A DNA stretch of 64,000 nt from Limnochordia bacterium (GTDB lineage Bacteria; Bacillota; Limnochordia; DTU080), in assembly GCA_050951545.1 (NCBI GenBank), contig JBMNJG010000006.1:96001-160000 (forward strand), in the 5' to 3' direction. A model generated the notes under the pieces. The model did not search any database. It was not told where the DNA came from and worked only from the letters and a program-made list of their open reading frames with translations. The first letter of the stretch is position 1. Each line of letters begins with the position of its first letter. Shown here piece after piece: positions 1-10,392 of this stretch. A program made the translations under genes and the position numbers.

Positions 1-394
1 CCCACCAGCGGGGCGGCCGGACACAGCCGGATGCCATCGATGGATTCATGCCTACTAAGCCATCTCAGCTCCTGTCCAGGGTTCTTCTGACTCCCTCTGT
101 CAGAGTAGTGGTGTATACCCAGTAACTGTTATTAGTATTTGGTACTCCAGATCATTTGTCTTTAAATATGGTTGCGAAGCCCGCTGGCATAATATAGTAT
201 ATATACGCATTCGACCTCTGGAGGGATGATAGGCCCGAATCACAGTCTTAGATCCGACGTGTCCGCCGATGTACCGAGATCTGTACTCCCCTGTACTCCT
301 GATTTGGCTCGCACACCCCGCTACCTCGGGAAGCCTTTGCTGATGCTGTCTTGAGTGTCCGTCCAACATTGAGGAAAGGGAGGGTGGCACAGAC

Positions 395-1693
395 ATGAAG
401 AGACGCTGGTGTACACCGACTGCTGTATGTGCATTGCTCGTCGCCTTAGCCGTTCGTAGCCCAGCCGCAACCGTCACTTGGTGGCATGTCTGGGGCGAAG
501 CCAGAAACCCACTTGTTGAGCACATGATCACCAACTTCGAGAAGGAGAACCCCCGCACCAAGGTCGAGCATCTGGTGATTCCGCAAGCCGGGATGTATGA
601 GAAGTATCTCCAAGCCATTGCAGGAGGAAGCCCACCCGATGTGATCATGATCTCACGGACCATGATGCCTTCCTTTGCCGAACAAGGCGCGCTCTTACCG
701 CTAGACAATCTCGCGGCTCGAGACAACCTCGTTCTGGAAGACATTTTCTATCCCGGCGAGGTAGCCATCTCGCGCTTTCTCGGCAAGACATGGGCTCTGC
801 CTGGAGCCACCGCCGGTGGACACAGTGTTCTTTGGTGGGACAAGGATCTGCTCGACCTAGGCGGGCTCGACAGCAGCAAAGGCCCTGTAACCTGGAGGGA
901 ATACCGAGCCTTCGGCAAGAAACTGACCGTCGAGACCTCTGATGGGCGAATTCGTCGCCTTGGGGCCCTCCCAGATGGACCAGGTTTCCCCCAATGGCTC
1001 TATACCAACGGCGGTAGGCTCCTCTCTGATGACGGAAGAAGGGTGGCGTGCAACAGTGCCGAAGGCGTGGAGACATTGGAGTGGCTGCAAGGGTGGGTCA
1101 ACGAAATCGGCGGGTATAACCGCATCACCGATTGGAGCAGCACCTATGTGCCCGGTCGCCCAAGGTATGAGAAGTGGTGGGCTGGCAGCCTAGCCATGGT
1201 CATAGACGGTGTGTGGCTTTTCTTCCAGAATAGCGAGCAAGCTCCCCACGTGGATTACGGTGTGGGCCTCATGCCCTACAACGACACCAACTCACAGGCT
1301 GAGAGCGCCAACATCCTTGACGGCACCTACGGATGGTCCTACGCCATCCCCACAGGCGCGAAGAACACCGAAGGCGCCTGGATGTGGATCAAGTACATCA
1401 CCTATGGAGATGGTAACCGCTCCTTTTTTACTTCACAAATGCGACCATCTGCCGCGCGCCGAGTTAACCAAGACCCACTCTTTCGCAAGGATAATCCCTA
1501 CTGGGGCATTGTCGGCCAGGTGCTGGCCGGCGGCATTCCAGTAACGCTAACACCCAAAAGCTCGCAGGTACTTAGCATCTTGAATTCCTCTACCGCCAGT
1601 GCAATACAGGGTAAGCAAGCAGCACGGCCAGCACTTGAGGACGGGGCAAGAAGGGCACAAGCCATCCTTGACGAATGGTGGAGCGGTCAGTAG
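395..1693 (+). CDS. ABC transporter extracellular solute-binding protein, family 1 (carbohydrate-type)
   Basis: 432 aa; N-terminal signal peptide; FEKENP..KVE, AIAGGSPPDV, LLPLD, YAIPTGAKNTEGAW motifs; RBS GGAGGG upstream. Confidence 0.9.
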   Translation: MKRRWCTPTAVCALLVALAVRSPAATVTWWHVWGEARNPLVEHMITNFEKENPRTKVEHLVIPQAGMYEKYLQAIAGGSPPDVIMISRTMMPSFAEQGALLPLDNLAARDNLVLEDIFYPGEVAISRFLGKTWALPGATAGGHSVLWWDKDLLDLGGLDSSKGPVTWREYRAFGKKLTVETSDGRIRRLGALPDGPGFPQWLYTNGGRLLSDDGRRVACNSAEGVETLEWLQGWVNEIGGYNRITDWSSTYVPGRPRYEKWWAGSLAMVIDGVWLFFQNSEQAPHVDYGVGLMPYNDTNSQAESANILDGTYGWSYAIPTGAKNTEGAWMWIKYITYGDGNRSFFTSQMRPSAARRVNQDPLFRKDNPYWGIVGQVLAGGIPVTLTPKSSQVLSILNSSTASAIQGKQAARPALEDGARRAQAILDEWWSGQ

Positions 1694-1765
1694 GGACAGA
1701 CTCGCAAGTGCCGCGTGGGTGGTGACCTGAAAAACTGCCCACCAGCTAAGGGGTGACAACCTGAA

Positions 1766-4012
1766 GTGAATGCCCGACTGCACGAATCAGTAGGCCCGTT
1801 TGATGTCGTCGTCATAGGAGGCGGTCTAGCCGGAATCTGTGCGGCTCTAGCAGCAGCACGGCAAGGAGCCTCCACAGCGCTCATTCATGAGCGCCCCGTG
1901 CTCGGCGGCAACTCCAGTACAGAAATCAGGATACCGCCTTTCGGCGCCGGGCATCACAATCCCCAAGCCAACGAGACGGGGATTATCCTCGAGCTGTTAC
2001 TGGAAGAACGCGCTCGAAACCACGAACGCATAGACTACGGTTTCACGAACACTCATTGGGATATGACGCTATATGAAGCGGCACAGGCAGAGTCGAACCT
2101 AAGCCTCTTCTTGAACACCCTTGCCATCCAGGTTTGTATGGCTGATCGCAACCGCCTAGAATCAGTGATAGGTGTGCAATCGGGCACTGAACGCACCATG
2201 CGCTTTACAGGTCGGTTCTTCATCGACTGCACGGGAGATGGCAGCATTGGGGTAGCCTGTGGGGTGCCCGCCGTGCGAGGCCAGGAAGCACGAAGTACCT
2301 ACGGGGAATCCTTAGCCCCGCTGGAAGCCCAACCGCAGTGGACCCTAGGCAGCTCCCTTCTGTTTCGCGCCCGCGATACGGGCCGCCCAGTAGATTACAG
2401 GCCCCCAAGCTGGGCTGTGCCCTACAAAGACGAAACGGCACTACAGCATCGCTCACATACACGCATAGACGGCGGCTACTGGTGGATTGAGATTGGGGCC
2501 CCATACGACACCATTCGCGACAATGAACAGCTGCGTCATGAACTCCTCAGGCATGTTCTTGGTGTCTGGGATCATATCAAGAACCACTGCGTACATCGTC
2601 AGGCAGCTCGCAACTATGCTCTGGAATGGGTGGGCATGGTCCCTGGCAAACGCGAATCCAGGCGTTTCGTCGGGACTCACGTGCTCACGCAGAACGAGTT
2701 GGAGCGCCGTGAGCTTTTCCCCGACAGAGTGGCCTACGGTGGCTGGATCATCGACGACCACACTCAGGGCGGTGTTCTTGAGCCTTCGAAGGCCCCCTCC
2801 TTTGACAAGGCCGACGTGGAACTGATCCGTTGCCTCGTAGCACCCTACAGCATTCCTTTGCGCACCATGTATGCTCCACAGGTCAAGAACCTGTTGTTTG
2901 CGGGCCGCCTCATGAGTGCTAGCCGTCTGGCCTTCAACTCTTTGCGCGTGCAGAGCACTCTTGCTGTGTGCGGACAAGCTGCAGGCACAGCGGCTGCCAT
3001 GTGCGCCAGCCGCGCTACGGAGCCGGGCAAGCTGACACTACAGGAAATAGGCAGCATTCAGCAAAGCCTCTTGCGACAAGATTGCTATGTACCATCCATA
3101 CGCAACGAAGACCCTGCCGACCAGGCGCGGTTGGCCAAGGTGAGTGCCAGTAGTACAGCCACATTCACACCCGTTCTGGGTGACACCTGGGCCAGCCTAG
3201 CCTCACCGCTGGCACAGCTAGTGCCCGTGTCAGCTACCCATGTCGAGCACGTACGGGTCTACTTGAGAAATGATACGGGAACTGATGTACCGCTGCGGCT
3301 GTGCGTCTATCCCGCAGCTGACATCTGGGATCTCACCGCATTGGGGAAAAGTCCGCTAGAGAGCGTGGATGCCACAGTGCCCGCTGGGCTCCATGGCTGG
3401 TTTACGATTCCTGTGAATATGCATACGAACCCGCCACAGCTTCTGTGGTTTGCTCTGGAAGGCACCGACGGAGTGTCATGGCGCCAGCAACAGGCGACTC
3501 CGCCGGGGTTCACCTCAGCCCGTGTCCAAGACGGTGACACGTGGTGGTTTGCGCCCGGCATGTTCTCCTCCTGGGAGGGTCTAGCCCTCGACATCACTCC
3601 GGTGACCCGCCCGTTTGAGCCAGAGAACGTGGTAAACGGTGTGACGCGAGCGGAGACATGGCCCAACCTTTGGATGTCAGACCCCCAACAGCCCTTGCCT
3701 CAATGGCTGCAACTGGATCTGCCTGAACCACGACTGGTGGGGTTGGTGCAGATCACATGCGACACCAATACCAGTCGTATCTACACCCACACGCCTCCCT
3801 TCTTCCGCTCGCCGGAATGCATTAGCGACTGTAGCGTGGCCGTATATGAAAACGGCCGATGGGAAGAAGCGGCGTCGGTCAGTGGTAACTACCAACGCCG
3901 CATCGTGCTTCGGTTCACGCCGCGTCGAGTTAGCTCATTGCGCATCAGTATCACGCGTGCGCACGGGGCACCGGAAGCCCGCATCTTCGAGGTTCGCTTG
4001 TATGACGGGTAA
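1766..4012 (+). CDS. FAD-dependent oxidoreductase (FAD_oxidored family) with C-terminal F5/8 type C-like beta-sandwich
   Basis: GGGLAG Rossmann motif, DCTGDG, GKRESRR, PYSIPLR, NLLFAGR; C-terminal PQWLQLDL...ARIFEVRLY discoidin-like signature. Confidence 0.85.
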   Translation: MNARLHESVGPFDVVVIGGGLAGICAALAAARQGASTALIHERPVLGGNSSTEIRIPPFGAGHHNPQANETGIILELLLEERARNHERIDYGFTNTHWDMTLYEAAQAESNLSLFLNTLAIQVCMADRNRLESVIGVQSGTERTMRFTGRFFIDCTGDGSIGVACGVPAVRGQEARSTYGESLAPLEAQPQWTLGSSLLFRARDTGRPVDYRPPSWAVPYKDETALQHRSHTRIDGGYWWIEIGAPYDTIRDNEQLRHELLRHVLGVWDHIKNHCVHRQAARNYALEWVGMVPGKRESRRFVGTHVLTQNELERRELFPDRVAYGGWIIDDHTQGGVLEPSKAPSFDKADVELIRCLVAPYSIPLRTMYAPQVKNLLFAGRLMSASRLAFNSLRVQSTLAVCGQAAGTAAAMCASRATEPGKLTLQEIGSIQQSLLRQDCYVPSIRNEDPADQARLAKVSASSTATFTPVLGDTWASLASPLAQLVPVSATHVEHVRVYLRNDTGTDVPLRLCVYPAADIWDLTALGKSPLESVDATVPAGLHGWFTIPVNMHTNPPQLLWFALEGTDGVSWRQQQATPPGFTSARVQDGDTWWFAPGMFSSWEGLALDITPVTRPFEPENVVNGVTRAETWPNLWMSDPQQPLPQWLQLDLPEPRLVGLVQITCDTNTSRIYTHTPPFFRSPECISDCSVAVYENGRWEEAASVSGNYQRRIVLRFTPRRVSSLRISITRAHGAPEARIFEVRLYDG

Positions 4013-4039
4013 CTGTTTGCTCCCAAATGCAGGAGTGAC

Positions 4040-4073
4040 GGCTGACGCTGTACTAATCCGCGCAGCGTCAGCC
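4040..4073. terminator. Hairpin between convergent genes, probable bidirectional terminator
   Basis: GGCTGACGCTG...CAGCGTCAGCC 11-bp inverted repeat. Confidence 0.55.
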
Positions 4074-4147
4074 TGTAGTGTTTTGACTGCTCGCCAGACG
4101 CCCGCAGAGGTACGCATGTCGGCAGGCTCTGCGACTACTTGCTCGCC

Positions 4148-5446
4148 TCAACGACCTCGACGCGACGTGCGCAGCACCTCATCAAGACGGGCTTGAACCA
4201 CCCTGGTTACTGCGTCCAACGCCGCCTCTGGACTGACTTGCAGCTGAATCACCTGCGAACGAGCTCTGCTCAGCTCACTTGAGTAGAAGACGCTAACAGG
4301 CATCGTAGGCAAAAATGGCCGCGAATTGGGTCCTGCCAAAGCGTTAGCTATCGGCATGTACTCGGGATGTTTCTGCACAAAGGCTCTGGCAGCTGCTACC
4401 CGCGCAGGAAAGGTCACGTCGGGTTCTACTTTCTGACGCTCGAGCACATGCTCCAGACTCGTACGCCAGCGGATATACTCGAAGGCCTCCTCAGGATGCT
4501 TGGCCCCTACGGGGATCACCAGTGTCAGCGCATTCCCCGTCGTGGAGTTGGGCTTTCCACACGGAGCGTAGGGCAGTGGAATCATGTCCCATTCAAAGCC
4601 CGGAGCATAGAGCTCAAATCGGCCGATAGCCCACGGTCCGTTCAAGTGCATGCCCAACAGATCGTTAAAGAGGGGATCTCCCCGGAAGTAGTTCTGCACT
4701 TGCGATGTCAGAGCATTTATCCGAGCGTAATCGTAGCGCTCAGAGTACGACGCCATCCAAGCAAACATGGCGACCGTATTAGGGCTGTTGGCCGTCACCT
4801 GCCGGGTCGATGGATCCCACAGCTGTCCATCCCACGCTGCGAGCCATGTCCACGCGTCCCCCAGCCAAGGGACAAGGCCCATGCGCCTTATGTTGCCCTC
4901 GGCATCCATAGCCGTCAGACGCTTGGCCACTTCATCTAGTTCTTGAATCGTTTGCGGAAGTGTGACCCCTGTCGCAGCGAAAAGGGCCCTGTTCGTGTAA
5001 AGCATGTTGGCATCAACGTCATAGGTCATCGCCCATATGCTGCCATCGTAGTGCCACGAGTCCCATACCAATGGGAAGAAATCCCTGGGCTGAATCCCGG
5101 CCTTCTGAATGTACCTATCCAGGGGCTGAATAAGCCCTCCCTCGGCAAACTCCGCCAGGGAAAACGTCGCGATAAGCTGCGCCACATCGGGCGCCACCCC
5201 GGCGGCAATAGCGACAGACAACTTGTTATAGTAATCAGTAGTGACGCTCACATGCTCCACTTCGATGCCTGGGTGTGTTCTCTCAAACTCCTTGGCCATA
5301 AGCATATCGGCTTCCATCTGAAGACCGCTACGCTTGTTCCAGAATGCAAGCTTGGTCACGTCCTTCGCATGGCCCACACACGTGCCGACAAGTATGCTAG
5401 ACAATAGGATGATTGCTACTACTCTCATACGAAATAGCGATGACAC
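4148..5446 (-). CDS. ABC transporter solute-binding protein, family 1
   Basis: signal peptide, FERTHPGIEVE, AIAAGVAPDV, LIQPLD, IPVGAKHPEEAFEY. Confidence 0.9.
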   Translation of the reverse strand: MSSLFRMRVVAIILLSSILVGTCVGHAKDVTKLAFWNKRSGLQMEADMLMAKEFERTHPGIEVEHVSVTTDYYNKLSVAIAAGVAPDVAQLIATFSLAEFAEGGLIQPLDRYIQKAGIQPRDFFPLVWDSWHYDGSIWAMTYDVDANMLYTNRALFAATGVTLPQTIQELDEVAKRLTAMDAEGNIRRMGLVPWLGDAWTWLAAWDGQLWDPSTRQVTANSPNTVAMFAWMASYSERYDYARINALTSQVQNYFRGDPLFNDLLGMHLNGPWAIGRFELYAPGFEWDMIPLPYAPCGKPNSTTGNALTLVIPVGAKHPEEAFEYIRWRTSLEHVLERQKVEPDVTFPARVAAARAFVQKHPEYMPIANALAGPNSRPFLPTMPVSVFYSSELSRARSQVIQLQVSPEAALDAVTRVVQARLDEVLRTSRRGR

Positions 5447-5601
5447 TCTGCCGCCTCCCCGATGGGTAAACTATCTATTGCACCCTACGATACTTAGGCA
5501 TTGATGTGTGTTGTCCTGTTGTCGAACTTGATCGCCAAAGAATTCAGTGCTAGCTCCGCATGCACCGACAGCGTCCGCACCACTCACCACGAAAACGCAG
5601 C

Positions 5602-6909
5602 CTAGTGCAGGCTCTGGTCGATAAGAGCTTGTACAGGACCTGCAACTTCGCTCATCGCCTGGGTGGGAGTTTTCCGGTTATTGATCACGGCCGCCACTGC
5701 TGGACTCATGATCTTGGCGATCTCGGAGTAGGTCGTCACCTTCATGATGTATGGAAATGCAGGGTAGTTCGCTGCCTGCTCGACAATGATCGAAGGGTTC
5801 ATCCGGGGGTGGGCTGCCGATTGCTCCCGCATCCAGTTGACTCCGACAGCCGACACACCTGGAACGCTGACTCCTGAGGTCCGAAGAGCGTTGCCCTGGG
5901 GGTCCATGCAGATGAACTTCAGGAACTCCCACGCCTCTTCCCGATTCGGCGCGTCGCGCAAGATCACTAACCCATCAGGATAGATGTGCCCGGCTGGACG
6001 AGCGTTGTCCACGCTGAACCAAGGGGACATGGTCATGGGGACACCAGCTGCAGCAATCGGGGCCAGGTCCCAGGTACCCAATCCAGCCATAGCAACTTTA
6101 CCGTTAAGGAAGCCTGTGCGCCCACCGCCTGTCTCACCCGACTGGGGCATCACGTGATGTACCCAGCCCAAGTCCTGAAAATCCTGCAGTGCACGCAAAG
6201 TCTTCGGATGATCGCCCAGGAACTTGCGTGCATCAAGATCAACCCAGTCGCTACCCCAGGACAGCGGTAGGGTGATCCAGCTATCCCAAGGTGGACCTGC
6301 CAACCCGAATTGCCTTATCGTCCCCTCTGCCGACTGCTTCGTCAGCTTCTTCAGACTACTGACAAACCGCTCGAACGTCCATCCCGGATCATCCCAAACC
6401 GTCGGCGGGTACGCTACACCAGCTTCGTCGAATAACTGCCAATTGTACATCATTATCACCCCGGAAGCTCCCACGGGGAGACCATACTGCTGTCCTTTCC
6501 ACTGCAGTGGCTTCAGCAACACGGGCACGATATTGGAGATACCCTTGCCCTCACTCTTCAGAAAGGGATCCAAAGGAGCGAGAAGGCCAGAGGCCGCATG
6601 CCCCACAAAGTCCAGTCTGGCGGTCGTCACATCTGGTGGCAGACCACCAGCCACCTCAACCAGGATCTCCTCCCACTTCGTCAGCATCGTTCCGGGCGCA
6701 TAGCGCCACTCAACCCTGATTCCCGTCTTCTTTTCGAAGCCATCGAACTGAGCCCGCAGCCATGGCTCATTTCCCGCAGCGACCCACAGCTTGGCAATAA
6801 CCTTGCGTTCCTTGGCCGCAACAGCATGGGGTTGCCATACCATGAGACTGGCGCAAACAAGCACCAACAGCAGCACGACTACCACACGTCTCGAACGGCA
6901 TTCTGACAT
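5602..6909 (-). CDS. ABC transporter solute-binding protein, family 1
   Basis: signal peptide, FEKKTGIRVE, VAGGLPPDV, GQQYGLP, EEAWEFLKF; RBS GGGAGG. Confidence 0.9.
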   Translation of the reverse strand: MSECRSRRVVVVLLLVLVCASLMVWQPHAVAAKERKVIAKLWVAAGNEPWLRAQFDGFEKKTGIRVEWRYAPGTMLTKWEEILVEVAGGLPPDVTTARLDFVGHAASGLLAPLDPFLKSEGKGISNIVPVLLKPLQWKGQQYGLPVGASGVIMMYNWQLFDEAGVAYPPTVWDDPGWTFERFVSSLKKLTKQSAEGTIRQFGLAGPPWDSWITLPLSWGSDWVDLDARKFLGDHPKTLRALQDFQDLGWVHHVMPQSGETGGGRTGFLNGKVAMAGLGTWDLAPIAAAGVPMTMSPWFSVDNARPAGHIYPDGLVILRDAPNREEAWEFLKFICMDPQGNALRTSGVSVPGVSAVGVNWMREQSAAHPRMNPSIIVEQAANYPAFPYIMKVTTYSEIAKIMSPAVAAVINNRKTPTQAMSEVAGPVQALIDQSLH

Positions 6910-7641
6910 GATGACGCCTCCCTATTGCGTTTCTACGCTCCAGTTTCCATCGAATCCAACTCGACGTAGGGACCACAGACAGACCATGTCGCATCAATCA
7001 TACTACCTTCATCATATGTCGTTTACTGCATTACGCGTATTTGTTTGCCCATTTTCATAGAATCGTCCCTTAACCGGCCAACCAATTGCTCGTATCTAGA
7101 CCCGTCTGTCTCCGACTCTCCCAACTGCAATAAGGTTAACCACTTTGATTGTTTATGGTAGGATGTAGCCGCTTCTGATACTACGAGTGCGCGAACCGGC
7201 TTAACACTGACTTCGATGGGCAGATCATCGATACGCTCAACCTCCACGCCCACCATCACTGTGTACAACCCATTACCTGCCTCCCTCCCCGTTTCGCCTG
7301 GCGATGTCATTTCATGCGTGTTCGATGCCCCGATTGAGAGCACCTCCCGCCAGGCACGCTCTCCGTGAGCGCGCGACAGCACTCACGTTGAGCCCAGCAT
7401 CGCCAACCGGAACTGCGAAGAACCAGCTGTCTTGGATGAGCTACTGCCGTGCTCTGCCTCTGAGAACGCGACACGGTAGACTGAATACGCTGGCTGATTA
7501 TGAAGGGGATACGCAAATGGAGTTGAACATCGATAGGCATGGAGATGTACGTCTAGCTGAGCCCTTGGCGACGGGGCCAGTACTGGTCACTGACGATGGC
7601 GTGCAGCCGAGGGCCAAGAGACTGTTCCAGGAGGTGGTGCC

Positions 7642-9792
7642 ATGATAAAGGGTCAGGCAGGCGGCGAGATGACGTATGTCAAATGGGCCTGGGCTTACTG
7701 GTGCCTAAGCACCTTACTGTTGTTCTGGGTGACCGGGGTCCATGCCCAGGCAGGCGCGGCGTCCGGATTCCCGGACTGGGAGCCGTGGCACGTAGAGGGA
7801 CCGCAACGGTACACGCAACGAAACGTGCCCGGCACCCCTGGATTCACCATGCGCACGGTGGTCCGGTTGGGGGACGGGTTTCGTGAGCAGGTAGCGCTGC
7901 TGACCATGGGAACACTTTCGTCGCACCCCACGAGTGACCCGGATGTGCTGCAGATCGGATTCATGCCGGATCCTGCCAGCTGGGTAGGGTGGATCGTCAC
8001 ACTACAAAGCCAAGTCGGTGTGGTGCCAGTTGATCCCCAGAACGACAAAAAAGCACCCGTAGACCTCGGGTCTTTGACGCACAGGTTGGATTTGGCCAAG
8101 ATTGGCCCACGCACTGGTGTTTCATATGAATTGTTGCTTGGGTACGATGCCCGTACTGCGACGGTGTCCATCGCCGTTACCGATGATGACAGTGCCCAAC
8201 CGCTGTACAAGGGGACAGTGCGGTTACCGGATCATCTGCAAAACGTATGGGCTGGCGTGGGTGTACGAAATACGGGCGAGCATGCCAGTACCGACGCAGT
8301 ACATTTTGAGGTGCTCGACGTATCGGCGTCGTACCAACCAGTGGCCACGGACTGGTCTGTAGGAGTGCCGACAGATAATGGGGATGTTGTGCCTAGGACC
8401 CGTATCGGTTTGCACGAAGAGCTCGTCATCCAAGTGAAGCCGCCCTTCATGTCGGACCTTGGCCAATACCGCCTTGTTTGGCGAGCCAATGGCCAGAGCG
8501 TAGTGTTGGGTTACTTCGGTCGAGCGCCCGCCAGTGACACGATACGCCTGTTGCCCGGGCATCTTTCGCCGGGCAAAGGGCAGTTGGATCTGGAGTTCGT
8601 TGACGATGGACGTGTAGCTCGTCTGGCATCGCAGGCAATGGATGTTGGATCAATGACTGTGACAGTGGAGGAAATGAACATGGACCGGAATGAGCCAACG
8701 ATCGTCGGAGAGATCAAACTGGCAACTGAAGCACCCGTAAGTGCGGTTCATGTGGAAGTAAACGCCACCGTGACCGAATGGCGATGGGATGCCCGCCAGC
8801 GAGAGTACGAGCAACTCCCTCGCGACACGTATACGTTACTGAGCGAAATCACGGATCTACCCGGTGAAGGCGGGCTAGAGCTGCCCTACAGTATCGCTCT
8901 GCCTGAGCAGCCCGGGATATGGAGCCTAGAGTTCTCTGTCGCGGGCACCATGCGTACGCAGCTTGAGGTAAAGAGCAGAAGACGTCTTTTTTCCACGACG
9001 GGGCACTCCGACGGGGGCCCGAGCAGACTGGTACGCATATGCAGTTATAACATGTACGATTTGCAGGGATGGCCGCTAGAACTAGTTGGTTCCGCCTTGG
9101 GGACGCGCTGGGGCGACAAAAGAGTGCAGCATTTTGCCGACGTCATTAGGGGATTGGACTGCGACGTGCTAGGCATCCAAGAGGGGGGAAATCACGCCCT
9201 GCTCGAACGGTTGGCCCCGGCCGCAGGTGTTAACAGCGCGCTCTTTAACCGGCCGAACGTCTTGCCCGGTGCCGTCCTCACCAAGCATGTCATCCTTGAG
9301 AAACGTGATTTCCGTAGCTCCGAAAAAACCGAAAAGATCCCCTTTAGCCGCACTGCAGGTGCTGCCAAGGTGGATATTCATGGCCGCCCCATGTGGATCG
9401 TAAACATTCATGCCCACCCGTCTGACCAACGATTGCGCGACGAGGAGGCAAGGATCCTAGGGGAACGCATCGACGAATTGCTGGAAACCAGCGAGGACAT
9501 CGTGGTGATGGGTGACTTTAACTCGCTCTACGGTACGATCATTCACAACGCCCTGCTACAACGGGGCTTTCTCAACACGATGATCATTTCGGGCGGTGGG
9601 CTGGTTTCGACGATGAACACCACCAAACCCCGGGCGCTAGATCACATCTACGTAAGCCCATCGCTCATCGGCAACGTGCGTTCCAGTTACGTGATTCAGG
9701 ACTACGATTTTGCCGTGGCCGATGCGGCAAACCCCGATCACTGGGTGCACTCGGATCATCTGCCTGTGGTAGCAGAGCTAGAGATCCGTTAG
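7642..9792 (+). CDS. Secreted protein with C-terminal endonuclease/exonuclease/phosphatase (EEP) domain
   Basis: signal peptide; EEP motifs SYN, GIQEG, MGDFN, LDHIY, SDHLPV in last ~260 aa; RBS AGGAGG. Confidence 0.85.
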   Translation: MIKGQAGGEMTYVKWAWAYWCLSTLLLFWVTGVHAQAGAASGFPDWEPWHVEGPQRYTQRNVPGTPGFTMRTVVRLGDGFREQVALLTMGTLSSHPTSDPDVLQIGFMPDPASWVGWIVTLQSQVGVVPVDPQNDKKAPVDLGSLTHRLDLAKIGPRTGVSYELLLGYDARTATVSIAVTDDDSAQPLYKGTVRLPDHLQNVWAGVGVRNTGEHASTDAVHFEVLDVSASYQPVATDWSVGVPTDNGDVVPRTRIGLHEELVIQVKPPFMSDLGQYRLVWRANGQSVVLGYFGRAPASDTIRLLPGHLSPGKGQLDLEFVDDGRVARLASQAMDVGSMTVTVEEMNMDRNEPTIVGEIKLATEAPVSAVHVEVNATVTEWRWDARQREYEQLPRDTYTLLSEITDLPGEGGLELPYSIALPEQPGIWSLEFSVAGTMRTQLEVKSRRRLFSTTGHSDGGPSRLVRICSYNMYDLQGWPLELVGSALGTRWGDKRVQHFADVIRGLDCDVLGIQEGGNHALLERLAPAAGVNSALFNRPNVLPGAVLTKHVILEKRDFRSSEKTEKIPFSRTAGAAKVDIHGRPMWIVNIHAHPSDQRLRDEEARILGERIDELLETSEDIVVMGDFNSLYGTIIHNALLQRGFLNTMIISGGGLVSTMNTTKPRALDHIYVSPSLIGNVRSSYVIQDYDFAVADAANPDHWVHSDHLPVVAELEIR

Positions 9793-9814
9793 CACATACA
9801 GCGAAGAAACGAGG

Positions 9815-10378
9815 TTGATGCAAGTGAGAGCTTCTGGTGCGAGTGTTCGGTTGCTTTCTCTGCTGTGGGCATTGGTATTGTGTACCGCCTCTATATGTGT
9901 TGCTACAGCCTCGGAGAACCTCCTGGTCAACCCACAGTTTGTAGGGGCACCCGATAGCATACCCCACGGGTGGGTCAAATATGGTGGCGCCGCGGTCTTT
10001 GGTGAGAACCTGTATTTCATCCCGGACGAAGATAACGCTGACGGTTGGATACTCGTAGTCGATCAAGTCGACCGGGATACCTATCACGGGCTGCGCACCG
10101 TGGACCAGCCCGCGGAGGTGGGTGTGGAGTACAAGTTTTCGGCGGATGTGCGGGTCAATGGGGGCCAAGCCTACATTCTGTTGGCCTTCTTGGACAAAGG
10201 CAAGGCCATCATTGATTATACCAGGGTGTTTACAACCAATCGCGAGTGGTTTCGCCTGGAAGCCATAGGGGAGGCTCCAGCGGGCACCAAAGAGGTGCGT
10301 CTGTATCTGTATACGCTTAAGAACGCCCAAGGCACGTACCAGTACCGTAACCCCAAGTTTGAGATCGTTCATTACTGA
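9815..10378 (+). CDS. Secreted carbohydrate-binding-module-like protein (CBM4/9-like)
   Basis: signal peptide followed by ENLLVNPQF...GW, beta-rich, APAGT..VRLYL. Confidence 0.55.
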   Translation: MMQVRASGASVRLLSLLWALVLCTASICVATASENLLVNPQFVGAPDSIPHGWVKYGGAAVFGENLYFIPDEDNADGWILVVDQVDRDTYHGLRTVDQPAEVGVEYKFSADVRVNGGQAYILLAFLDKGKAIIDYTRVFTTNREWFRLEAIGEAPAGTKEVRLYLYTLKNAQGTYQYRNPKFEIVHY

Positions 10379-10392
10379 GGAGGTAATCTATC

